Both the position numbers and the translations under genes were made by a program. This document shows, one piece after another, positions 47,473 through 57,500 of a stretch of 64,000 bases of DNA. Source of the stretch: an uncultured Gemmatimonadales bacterium (GTDB taxonomy: Bacteria; Gemmatimonadota; Gemmatimonadetes; Longimicrobiales; Longimicrobiaceae); contig OY970303.1 of NCBI GenBank assembly GCA_963716255.1, positions 6,176,001 to 6,240,000 of the forward strand. Reading direction: 5' to 3'. The notes beneath the pieces were generated by a model that searched no databases, was not told the origin of the DNA, and saw nothing but the letters and a program-made list of their open reading frames with translations. Position 1 is the first letter of the stretch. Each line of letters begins with the position of its first letter.

Positions 47473-50418
47473 ATGCTGGCGATCTTCCCCAGCCTCCAGC
47501 CGGAGGAGCTACTCTGCAGCGCCGTCGCTCGGTACGCCGATGTGATGGCGTTTCCGCACCCCGACAAGGTCCTCCGGGAGGTCTTCGGCCTCTCTCCCGG
47601 TGAGCCGGAGGCGGAGCTCCCCGTCAGCTTGGAGCACTTCCTCGCGGCACTTCCGCCCGGCCACGGCCTCACGTGGCACAAAGTACTTGCAAAGCACACG
47701 GCGTTCCCCTACTACCGCGCGTTCCTGCCCCCTGCACCAGCAAGGGCGATCGAGAACGCAATGTGGTACCACGGAAGTGAGCCATACGCGCTGGCGAACT
47801 ACGAGTACCCTGCAAAGTGGACGGTACGCCGCCCCGAACGCCTTCGGTACTGCCACGCTTGTGTAGACGAAGACCACCGAGGGCCAGCCGGGGTGGCATA
47901 CTGGCGTTGCGTCCACCAGCTGGCCGGGGTCCTGGTCTGTCCGACCCACCACGTTCCCCTCACCGAGACCCGACTCCCCCGAGATGGTCGCGGTTACAGA
48001 TCCCGCTACCTTCCGAGAGATACCCCGGCGTTCGTGAGTCTGGAGCGAGCGCGCGCTCTCTCCTCCGAGCAGCTGATCGTGCCTCCGGCTGCGGCCAGCA
48101 TTGCCCAAGCCGTCGCCGAGGATACCCTGTGGCTCCTCCAACACCAGGTGAACCTCCCGTCCCTCCGGGAGCTGTACCGGCGCCACCGCGGCGCGCTCGC
48201 ACAGCGCGGGCTCACCAGGCCCTGCGGGCGCCTGAAGTGGGAGCACTTCCACAAGGAGATCAGCCGGTTCTATCCAGACGACGTGCTCCGCGCACTCGGG
48301 GTAGCCGCCTTCGAGGGCGAACACAAGCGAGGCGCTGACTGGCTCAGCAGCCTCTGGGATTTCCCGCTCAAGACGTTTCCCCCACTCTGCCACATCCTCC
48401 TCATTCGCTTTTCCGGCCTCTCCGCCGAGCAGTTCTTCACCCAGCGTCCTACCCTGCCTTCCTCAAGGCGACCCACCCTCGACGGGCCATGCGGCAACCC
48501 GGCCTGCGCGCGGTACGATCCTCCCGTTCCCCGCGCCGTTCCCGCTGAGCGCTCCGCGGGAGCGCCATACGTCACGATCTCCTGCCCGGAGTGCGGCTAC
48601 GCGTACGGCCAGCGCGCGGACGGACCCGGGCGCAGGTGCACGATCCAGCGCGTTGGCTCCCTCTGGGAGGAGCGGCTGCGGGTGCTGGCAGCCGATCCGG
48701 AAGCGAAGCTCCCCGAGGTCGCCAGGACGCTGGGGGTCCATCCGGATCGGCTGCAGCGCCATGCAGCGGACCTCGGATGCTGGAACCCTTCGTGGGGCCC
48801 CGCGCCCAAGCCGAGAGGATCCGGCAAGCGTGCGAAGGCCGTCCGCCAGAGGCTCAAGGAGGAGAAGGAGAGGGTGCTTCGCCTCAAAGCGGTCCCGAAG
48901 TACAGCCGCCATCTCCGCAGGACGCTGGCTGATCGCTTCCCGCTGACCCTCCGGTTCCTCCGCCGGGTCGATCCGGCGTGGCTCGATGCGAAGGCGCCGC
49001 CAGAGCTCCCTCGACCAAGAGCGCGTCGCCCACCCCCGTACTTCGGGTCGCCGACTCCCGACGAGTGCGCGTTGACGTGGGCCCGCGGCCTGGTTGCACT
49101 GGTCCGTGCCTGGCCGGGGCGCCCGGTCCAGATCCGGCCACGGACCGTGCTGCGGCAAATCGGGTGGTGGGTGTTCGACGCTTACGACCATATCCCGCAG
49201 ACCCGCGCCTACCTCGCGGAGGTGGCCGAGCCAGCGGCCGCCTTTGCCGAGCGCCGGATCGTGTGGGCAGCCCGCTGGTTCGCGACCCGCCGAGAGGTGC
49301 CGACCCTGGAGCAGCTGGCCGAAGCCGCCACGCTCTCCGGGCGCCTCCGCAAGACCCACCGGAATGGCCTGCAGCGCGCCCTCCAGGCGCTCCAGGCTCA
49401 CGCGGACGGCGGTGTGCCGCTGCCCGCGGAATGGGGGACTCCGCTTCCGGAGTCGCCCCTGGAGGAGCGGTACCGTTGGTGGCCCGAAGGACAGATGGAC
49501 AGTGGTCCGGACTTTCGGTATTTTTTCGGTAGTCCATCCACCCCCTTTCCGGAGGCGAGCCCCATGGCCAGACCACGAAGCGGACCCGCAGACGACGATC
49601 GCAGGAGGATGCAGGGGTGGGGGGAAGGGCACGGGCGGTCGTACAAGCCCTGGATCACGGTGCGCAGCTTCGGGTCGAGGGGGATGTCGCACCGGGTACC
49701 CAGCGCCACGGTGGGGCGTTCGCACGACCTGTTCAGCAACGGGGAGTACGGATGCTTCCTGTTGCTGGACTGGAGCTCCCTCGTGACGGACATCCGGGAG
49801 CAGTTCCCGCTGCACCCGGTTCAGGAGACGCGAGAGATCGCCGCGTCACTCGGGTACGCCCACCCACGTCGCGGCCGGAAGGTGAAGGGGGAATGGATCC
49901 AGGAGGACGGGGTGATGACCTCGGACTTCCGCGTGGAGTTCGTGGACGGCGCAGGCGTGGCGGAGGTGGTGATCTCGGTCAAGCCACTGGGCGAGCTGAC
50001 GGACGAGCGCACGCTGGAGAAGTTGCACGTAGAGCGCCGGTACTGGGTGCGGCGTGGCATTCCGTGGTTCTTGGTCACCGAGGAGGAGCTCCCGCAGGAC
50101 CTGATCGCCAACCTGAGCTTCCTGGCCCCGTTCCGCTCCGTCGACGGCTACGGTGTGGACGCGGCGGAGCTGCCCGAGGTCCTCGCTTACCTCTTCGACA
50201 AGCTCGCCGCCTCGCCGTCGGTCGCTCCGGGGAAGGTGTGCGCGATGGCGGACGAGCGTCTGCACTTCAAGCATGGGGTCTGCCTCGCGCTCGTGTGGCA
50301 CGCGATCGCGACGAAGCAGTGGCGGGTGGACCTGCATGAGAAGCTGGACCCCGGCGCTCCGCTCCAGGACCTCACCTCCGGGAGCGCGGATCCCGAGCTG
50401 CGGGCGAGGACCGCATGA
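47473..50418 (+). CDS. tnsD-tnsA: TnsD (TniQ)-TnsA in-frame fusion ORF
   Basis: N-terminal FPSLQPEELLCSAVARY, LRYCHAC, YWRCVHQL..V.VCPTH, CGNPAC, CPECG (TniQ/TnsD); C-terminal GEGHGRSYKPWI, DIREQFPL, VMTSDF, SVKP, EKLHVERRYW (TnsA); no stop between the two. Confidence 0.85.
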   Translation: MLAIFPSLQPEELLCSAVARYADVMAFPHPDKVLREVFGLSPGEPEAELPVSLEHFLAALPPGHGLTWHKVLAKHTAFPYYRAFLPPAPARAIENAMWYHGSEPYALANYEYPAKWTVRRPERLRYCHACVDEDHRGPAGVAYWRCVHQLAGVLVCPTHHVPLTETRLPRDGRGYRSRYLPRDTPAFVSLERARALSSEQLIVPPAAASIAQAVAEDTLWLLQHQVNLPSLRELYRRHRGALAQRGLTRPCGRLKWEHFHKEISRFYPDDVLRALGVAAFEGEHKRGADWLSSLWDFPLKTFPPLCHILLIRFSGLSAEQFFTQRPTLPSSRRPTLDGPCGNPACARYDPPVPRAVPAERSAGAPYVTISCPECGYAYGQRADGPGRRCTIQRVGSLWEERLRVLAADPEAKLPEVARTLGVHPDRLQRHAADLGCWNPSWGPAPKPRGSGKRAKAVRQRLKEEKERVLRLKAVPKYSRHLRRTLADRFPLTLRFLRRVDPAWLDAKAPPELPRPRARRPPPYFGSPTPDECALTWARGLVALVRAWPGRPVQIRPRTVLRQIGWWVFDAYDHIPQTRAYLAEVAEPAAAFAERRIVWAARWFATRREVPTLEQLAEAATLSGRLRKTHRNGLQRALQALQAHADGGVPLPAEWGTPLPESPLEERYRWWPEGQMDSGPDFRYFFGSPSTPFPEASPMARPRSGPADDDRRRMQGWGEGHGRSYKPWITVRSFGSRGMSHRVPSATVGRSHDLFSNGEYGCFLLLDWSSLVTDIREQFPLHPVQETREIAASLGYAHPRRGRKVKGEWIQEDGVMTSDFRVEFVDGAGVAEVVISVKPLGELTDERTLEKLHVERRYWVRRGIPWFLVTEEELPQDLIANLSFLAPFRSVDGYGVDAAELPEVLAYLFDKLAASPSVAPGKVCAMADERLHFKHGVCLALVWHAIATKQWRVDLHEKLDPGAPLQDLTSGSADPELRARTA
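49496..49566 (+). promoter_or_regulatory. Candidate internal promoter, RBS and ATG for stand-alone TnsA
   Basis: TGGACA-17 nt-TATTTT (49496-49524), GGAGG (49551-49555), in-frame ATG at 49564. Confidence 0.55.
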
Positions 50419-52559
50419 GCGCGCCGCTGATCGTCGCCACGAACGCCCTGCTGGAGTCCGAGCTGCTGGACGGAAGCAGGACGGTACGCCGCCTCCTGTT
50501 CGTGGACACGGACACGGGGGAGGTCGCGCTGATCGACGTGGAGCACCCGAAGGCGATGCCGGAGTGGGAGTCGCTGGAGTCCCTGCAGGAGGGGTTCGAC
50601 TGCGGCGCCATCCGCATCCGGACCGACGACAAGTGGCTGGCGGACACCCGCCCGGAGTCGGCGCTGACCACGGCGAGCAAGCAGGTGCGAGACGAGCGAT
50701 TGCAGGTGCTCCGGCCGCTGGTGGACCTCGATGCCGACCCCGCGCAGCAGGTCCTCCGCGCCGACACTCGCGGGCAGCTCGTGCTCGCCGCAGCCGTGGA
50801 GCACGGGAAGTCGCTCGGCAAGGTCTACGGGTGGCTGCGCCAGTACTGGCAACGGGGTCAGACCGCCAACGCCCTGCTCCCTGCCTACCATCTGTGCGGA
50901 GGGCGCGACACACCGCGGAAGGCGGGTGAGCGGAAGCGGGGCCGGCCGTCCACGCTCGCGCGGGCCGAGCCCGGACGGGAAGGTTTGAACGTGACGACCG
51001 AGATCCACGGGCTGATCGTCAAGGGTGGGAGGCGGTTCTGGAAGAAGCGGCACCGCGGAAAGCGGCTCAGTCTCCGGGAGGCGTACCAGGCGACGCTGGA
51101 GACGCTCTTCTGCACAGGAGTGAAGTTTCACGACGGCCACGTGGTGCCCGTCCTCAAACCGGAGGGGGAGCTACCCACCTTCCGCCAGTTCTGCTACTGG
51201 CTGGGCAAGGCGCGGGAGAAGGAGAAAGACATCCGCGCCCGGTACGGGGAGCGGCGCCACGCGCTCAAGACGCGCGCGGTCCTGGGCTCCTCGGAGCACC
51301 TTTCCCGGGGCCCCAACGACCTCTACCTGATCGACGCGACGGTGGGGGACATTTTCCTGCTCTCCTCCATCGACCGCCGGCGGGTGATAGGAAGACCAGT
51401 CATCTACTTGGTGCTGGACCACTTCAGCCGGATGGTCGTGGGCTTCTACGTGGGGCTGGAGGGCCCGAGTTGGGTAGGAGCCGTGATGGCGCTCGAGAAC
51501 GCCTTCACCGACAAGGTGGCGTTCTGCGCCAGGTATGGGATCGAGATCAGCGAGGAGGACTGGCCCTGCCACTACGTTCCCCGCGCGATCACCGCCGACC
51601 GCGGCGAGATGCTCAGCATCCCCTCGGACCACCTGGTGACCGCGTTCGGGCTACGGATCACGAACACCCCACCCTTCCGCGCGGATTTCAAGAGTTTCGT
51701 CGAAGCGCAGTTCCGTATCACCAACGAGCTGGGGATCCGGCGGCAGCCGGGCTGGGTGGACAAGCTGGTCGGGCGCGGGGACCCGGATTACCGCCTCGAC
51801 GCCACGCTGGACCTGTACCACTTCAACCGGCTGATGATCGAGCTGATTCTGCACAACAACCGGTCTCGGCGGCTGGCAGATCAGATTCCCCCGGACTACC
51901 CGCTGTCGGAGGACAGGGATCCAGTCCCGCTGGACCTCTGGGAGTGGGGGGTCGAGAACCGCGTGGGGATCGGGCGGACAATGGACCGCGAGCGGATCCG
52001 GGTGAACCTCCTGCCGAGCGAGGAGGGGAGCGCCACCCCCCAAGGCATTAAAGTCAACGGCCTCCACTACGACAGCGCCACGGCCCGGGAGGAGGGCTGG
52101 TTCCTGCGCGTCCCGGGGACCGAGCGCGTCCGCGTGAGCGTGGCCTACGATCCCCGCGACGTCTCCAAGGTGTACCTGCGCCTTGAACAGGGGCGCAAGA
52201 TCGAGGAGTGCCCGCTCACGCAGAAGGACGCAATCCGCTTTGCGGGCAGGACCCTGGAGGAGGTCCAGGATGCGCGGGACCGGCGCCTGATGGCCCGCCA
52301 GCGTGACCGGCGCGCCCGCCACCAGGACACGGCGGAGTTCCACGCGCGGATCGACGCCATCACCCGGTCGGCCGAAGGCGAGCGGGCGGAAGCGCTGGGC
52401 GGGCCCAACAAGCATCCCATTGTCACGGACATCAACGAGGCGCGGCGGGCCCAGCGCCGGGCCAACCGGGGGGAGGAGGCGTTCACGAAGGATGGCGCGC
52501 CGCCACCCCCGCCACCCCGGCCTGCCGCCGGTGACGGCTACGTCCCGTTCCCGGATTGA
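50415..52559 (+). CDS. tnsB: TnsB DDE transposase
   Basis: YLIDAT, IGRPVIYLVLDHFSRMVVG, ADRGE, KSFVE, Mu-transposase C-terminal YDPRD; ATGA overlap with tnsA. Confidence 0.93.
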   Translation: MSAPLIVATNALLESELLDGSRTVRRLLFVDTDTGEVALIDVEHPKAMPEWESLESLQEGFDCGAIRIRTDDKWLADTRPESALTTASKQVRDERLQVLRPLVDLDADPAQQVLRADTRGQLVLAAAVEHGKSLGKVYGWLRQYWQRGQTANALLPAYHLCGGRDTPRKAGERKRGRPSTLARAEPGREGLNVTTEIHGLIVKGGRRFWKKRHRGKRLSLREAYQATLETLFCTGVKFHDGHVVPVLKPEGELPTFRQFCYWLGKAREKEKDIRARYGERRHALKTRAVLGSSEHLSRGPNDLYLIDATVGDIFLLSSIDRRRVIGRPVIYLVLDHFSRMVVGFYVGLEGPSWVGAVMALENAFTDKVAFCARYGIEISEEDWPCHYVPRAITADRGEMLSIPSDHLVTAFGLRITNTPPFRADFKSFVEAQFRITNELGIRRQPGWVDKLVGRGDPDYRLDATLDLYHFNRLMIELILHNNRSRRLADQIPPDYPLSEDRDPVPLDLWEWGVENRVGIGRTMDRERIRVNLLPSEEGSATPQGIKVNGLHYDSATAREEGWFLRVPGTERVRVSVAYDPRDVSKVYLRLEQGRKIEECPLTQKDAIRFAGRTLEEVQDARDRRLMARQRDRRARHQDTAEFHARIDAITRSAEGERAEALGGPNKHPIVTDINEARRAQRRANRGEEAFTKDGAPPPPPPRPAAGDGYVPFPD

Positions 52560-52585
52560 TCCCCCAACCGAACCAGGAGCAATCC

Positions 52586-52816
52586 ATGGCCACCGTCCCC
52601 CTCGGCGAGCTCAGCGCCATGATCGTCCGCTTCGCCGAACAGGTGAACACCCGGAGCACGGGCAATCCCTACCTGGACGCGCTTCCTGCAGACGCCGCCG
52701 GCAAGCTGACGTCCGGCACGAGCGCCTGGCCGCGCCGGCTGCCCCGGCGATTGATCTGCGACAACTCCGTTTCCACCCCGACGTGGCTCTCAACCTCGAT
52801 GCGGGAGGCGAAATGA
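52586..52816 (+). CDS. Small ORF resembling the TnsC N-terminus (possible remnant)
   Basis: AGGAG RBS; GNPYLDALP versus GNPLLEGLP in TnsC; stop overlaps the tnsC ATG. Confidence 0.45.
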   Translation: MATVPLGELSAMIVRFAEQVNTRSTGNPYLDALPADAAGKLTSGTSAWPRRLPRRLICDNSVSTPTWLSTSMREAK

Positions 52817-54369
52817 TCATCAATCCCCTGGGCGGCGGCCCGGCCGTACCCGCCGAGTACCACGAGCAGACGATCCCCGTGTTCCAGGGCAACCCGTTGC
52901 TCGAGGGACTCCCCCCCATGGTGTCCCGGGAGGAGGCCAAGCGGCTCATGGCCCGCTACCCGGCCTACGACCCCTCCGACCGGCAGCGGCCCACAGAGGA
53001 GCGCGAGATGCTCGCCGCCGGCCTCAGCGTCCTGTTCCGGCACCCGATCGGCCTGCATGCCGAGCTGGAGTCACGCCTCTCGCGCCTGATCCGCTGGGGC
53101 TACGTAGGTCGCAACCCGACGCTCCCGACCTTCCAGGCCGACCTGGACGCGCGGGAACAGGCCCTGGAGGTACAGGGGAAGGGCGAGAACCTGGTGGTGA
53201 CGGCCCGTCCTGTTCCCGGCCCGCAGCCCGCGGCGACCGGCCTGACCTTCCTGGGCACCACAGGAATCGGAAAGACCGTGGGCGTCGAGATGGCCCTCAG
53301 CCGCTACCCGCAGGTCATCGTCCATAACGAGTTCAAGGGGCGCAAGCTCCTGATGTCCCAGGTCGTCTATCTGAGGCAGCAGTGCCCCAAGGACGGCAGC
53401 ATCCGCACGCTGGTCGAGAACTTCTTCCAGGCGATGGACGCGCTGCACGCGCCGCTGCCCATGGAGACGAACTACAGGAAAGACTACCTCACCAGGAACC
53501 CGACGATCTTTCGGCTGATCCCCAGCATGGCGCGACTGGCGGCACAGCACGGGCTGGGGCTGCTGGTGCTGGACGAAGTGCAGGACCTCAACCCGCGAGG
53601 GAGCGGTGCGATTCTCTCCTTCCTGGTGCAGCTCGTCAACACCATCGGCGTCCCCGTGGTCCTGGTTGGTGGGATTGATGCTCTTCCGGTGTTGATGTCA
53701 CAGTTCCGCCAAGCGCGGCGCGGAGCGACGGAGGGGGACCTGATCGTCAGGCGCGCGGAGCAGGGGCGGGGCTTCCGAGCATTCTGCGAAATTCTGTGGC
53801 GCTACCAGTACACCCGCCACTATACTGAACTGACCGAAGAGCTGGTGCAGGCACTGTACGAGGGCTCCCAGGGGATCACGCAGTACCTCGTCTCGCTCCA
53901 CAAGCTGTCGCAGATCCGCGCGATCGCCACCGGGATCGAGTACGTGACTCCTGAGATCATCCGTTCGGTGGCCCGCGACAGCTTCGCCCAGGCGGGGCCG
54001 GTGCTGCGCGCCATCGCGCGCGGGGACAAGGACGTGCTACGGAGGATGGGCGACGTGGACGTACCTGACGGAGTCGAGGCCATCCCCTTCATCCGGGGGG
54101 ACGCCAAGCCGGCCGCGGAGGCGGACACGGGGGAGGAGGCGCCCCAGGCTGCCGCTCCGGAGGAGACCCGTCCCCGGGTGGAGCGCGCTTCGCCGGTCCC
54201 GCCGGCGGCGGAGCCGGCGCGGCCTGCTCCAGCCGGTCCGGATGCGCTGGGGCCGACGCTGGTGGAGATCGTTCGCGAGGGAGCAGAGCGGGGGGAGGAC
54301 GCGCACGCCGCCTTGAAGCGGGCGGGGGTGATCGGCGGGCCGGTGTGGGACCGCATCGTCCAGGCGTGA
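52813..54369 (+). CDS. tnsC: TnsC AAA+ ATPase
   Basis: GNPLLEGLP, GYVGRNP, Walker A GTTGIGKT, CPKDGS, Walker B LLVLDEVQ, LVNTIGVPVVLVG. Confidence 0.93.
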   Translation: MIINPLGGGPAVPAEYHEQTIPVFQGNPLLEGLPPMVSREEAKRLMARYPAYDPSDRQRPTEEREMLAAGLSVLFRHPIGLHAELESRLSRLIRWGYVGRNPTLPTFQADLDAREQALEVQGKGENLVVTARPVPGPQPAATGLTFLGTTGIGKTVGVEMALSRYPQVIVHNEFKGRKLLMSQVVYLRQQCPKDGSIRTLVENFFQAMDALHAPLPMETNYRKDYLTRNPTIFRLIPSMARLAAQHGLGLLVLDEVQDLNPRGSGAILSFLVQLVNTIGVPVVLVGGIDALPVLMSQFRQARRGATEGDLIVRRAEQGRGFRAFCEILWRYQYTRHYTELTEELVQALYEGSQGITQYLVSLHKLSQIRAIATGIEYVTPEIIRSVARDSFAQAGPVLRAIARGDKDVLRRMGDVDVPDGVEAIPFIRGDAKPAAEADTGEEAPQAAAPEETRPRVERASPVPPAAEPARPAPAGPDALGPTLVEIVREGAERGEDAHAALKRAGVIGGPVWDRIVQA

Positions 54370-54568
54370 CGTAGCCCTGGCGGGGCAGCAGCGAGGGCCG
54401 CGTGTCGAGTGACACGCGGCCTTCGTGCTTTTTCCGGCGGGACGCCGATCGGGAGCAAGCTGGTTTCTCGTTGGGATTCCGGGGTGTACTTGACGAAACC
54501 TTTTTCGGGGTCGTAAGAAAGCAGGGGGTAAGACCAGGGCGCACGGAACTATCTTCGGAGGTCTGGTG

Positions 54569-57500
54569 ATGCAGGCCAGCAATGCGTCGGAAGATCCGCT
54601 GGGTGGGGCACGGACGTCTCGGGACGACGTCAATGAGAACGGCGAAGGGGGCGGGAGCGCCTCGTACAGAGGGTACGATTATCAGAAAGAGGTGACGGCA
54701 TGGGTGGCGCTGACCCTCTTCCTAGAGCGCCGGTCTGACGCTCTCGATCAGATCATCGTCGAGCCCGCGTCGGAGGAGGACATCGAAGCCGATCTGAACG
54801 TGTCCCCGGATGAAGCCACCGCGACTGTCGTGGTGCCCGCTGGGACGAAGTTGACGGTCCAGGTCAAGTTTCGTGGCGCCGGGCACTGGAGCGCCAGGGA
54901 ATTCGCCGAGCTGGTGCTGGATAAGCCGCGAAAGGGCGCGACCGGTCCCACTCCGCGCCCGAGAGCGAAGACGCTCCTCCTGACCGATCCTGCCCGTCGG
55001 TACGTCTTAATCACCAACGTGACGGTCGATCGGGCACTGAGCCCAGGCCGAGTCGAGCGGGTGGACCAAGCCCCCTCCCCATCCTTCGTGCCGCCCCACG
55101 TGACGCGGGTGAGCAGCGAGAAGGAGGCGCTACAGGGGCGCTTCGCAATCGTCGAGGGTCTCACCCGCAGAGACCTGCGCAACGAGCTGCACCGCCAGCT
55201 CCGGAGTATCGGACACGTCCCCTCTCCCGGGATTGAGCAGGCACTGCAGAACATCCTCCGAATAATTGAGGACCGGCTGCTCGGACTGCCTTCCCCGCTC
55301 ACGCGGACCGAGATTGAGGCGATCATCCAGAACGCGGGTGGCCTGCCGTACCCCGACCGTGACCTGGCGGAATACCGAGAGCCGGCGAATGCAGCAGTTG
55401 CGCGGGAGACGCTGCAACGGGAAAACGCGGTGCTCCTGATCGGTCCTCCCGGCTACGGAAAATCGCTCACGGCCAGGAGAATCGTGTACGAGCACCAGGT
55501 GGACGATCCACCCTTCACGGTGGTACGCGAGACCGAAGGAATCGCCGGTATAGATACTCTACTTGGGCGCCCAGGGAGACACGTCTTCTTCCTGGAGGAT
55601 CCCTGGGGGCAGGCGAGGCTGGACGACGACGCCAGCCGCTGGACCATCGAGTTGCCCAAGCTCCTGCTCCGTGCTACCGCCGACAAGCGCTTCGTGATCA
55701 CGTCGCGCACGGACATCCTCCGCCGTGCATTGGGGGAAGGCGCGCTCAAGCCGTGGCGGAAGATCGCCTGCCCGATTAGTGACGACAGCTACGACGTAAG
55801 CACTCGGTGGGAGATCGTGAAGGTCAAGCTCCGGGGCGGCGGGAGCTGGATGGAGGACTTCGCTCGCGAGCACCGTGATCGAATTCTCACAGAGCTTCGG
55901 AGTCCTTACGCCCTGGCCCGGTTCGCCAGGGGACTGCTCGACTGCCCGTCTCTGGACGATGCCAAGATCGGCTCGCTTATCGCTGAGGCGCAGGTCGAAA
56001 CGATCCGGAGCGTGGTGGCCGAGCAGGTGAGAGGGTGGGCCAGCGATGGCGTCCCGTGCGCGGCGATCACCTGGGCGCTCCTGCGCCGCGGTCGCAGGAT
56101 CGTGCCCGCGCGGCTCAAAGCGCTCCAGCGGGCACTTGAGGAGGCCCCGCGTCCACTCGAAATCGATTTGGAGGGGTTCGTCGAGCACTTCCGCCCGATG
56201 AACCTTCATCAGGCGGACGACGGCTCGCTCACTGCCCACGGCAAGGTGGTTGAAGGACTCGAGGACGTGGTGGTCCTCTATCGGAGGGAGGCGGAGCGCA
56301 CCGTCGGGAAGGCGATCCATGCCATCGAACTCCTCCGTGACAGGGACGAGTCCTACGCGGGAGAAATCCTCGCGTTTGCAGAAGCGGCAGACAGCATCCC
56401 CCGTTCGACCGGGTTCGAGCTTGCACCGGACGTGCGAGCCATCGTGGATGATCTGGTGGTTGGCCGACTCGTGACGGCCGGGCCGGACGATTTCGCTAGG
56501 GCACTCAACGACGTGGTGTTCCGGGCGAGCCAGGAGCGTCCACTCTCCCGCCTGGCTCGCTATCTCGACCTTGGGCAGCCCGAGCGCGAGGACAAGGAAG
56601 CTGTGGGATTCGGTTATGGCTGGCGCCCGCCGCAGCTCAACGGGGCGGAGATCTCGGCGATCCGGTCGGAACCGGATGCTGAGCGCATCGTTGCAATGTG
56701 GATCTCTCATGTGCTCCCCCTAGAGTCCACGGACTACGACGCCCGCAAGCTGCTAGCGTGGCTCGATCCCATTGGGTTCGACCTGAGAGCCGCATTCCTG
56801 GAGGGGTGCCAGATCGTTTCCGAGACTCCGCGCTTCCTCACGAATGCAGACACGGTTGTCGAGGGCGCGCTTCATCGGCCCATGCCGCCATACGAGGCGG
56901 TTTTTGCGCTTCTGGAGAGGTGGGAAGAGAGCCTGGACGCAGTATGGGATGGCCGGCTGAAAGGGCGAAAGGCCTGGCAGGGCGAGGCGGATTTCACCGA
57001 GCAACTGCACCTCCAGGACGAGATGGAAGAGCTCGGCACGGCAGTAGGGCACGGGGTGCGGGGGTACGTACGCTCTCGCCGCGCCGCGGAAGGATATGCC
57101 TGGATTGCCGATCATCGTCGCCGCGACCTGCTGATGCCCGCCTGGGCGGAGGAGCTGCGTTTCGCCCCGGATACCACCGTGGAGGAACTGGACGCCTATT
57201 TTGAAATCACATCGAGCGCGCAGGAGCGCGAGCAGGGACTCCTGATCATTGGTGAGAAGAAGCTCGCGGCTGCTGCACCGCGCCTGCACGAGGCACTACG
57301 GACGGGCAGCGCCCGGGAGAGGGAAATGGCGGTCCACTCCCTGCGATGGTTGTACGACGGAAGCACCGTCGAGGCCGCCCTCATGGCCGCCATGGCGGAA
57401 GTGGATCTCGTCGGCCAGATCGAGCTTTTCTCTGCAGCCCGGAAGGCCGGGGCCCACTCGCAAGAACGACGCGAGCTCATGCGGCGCCTACAGGACGTGG

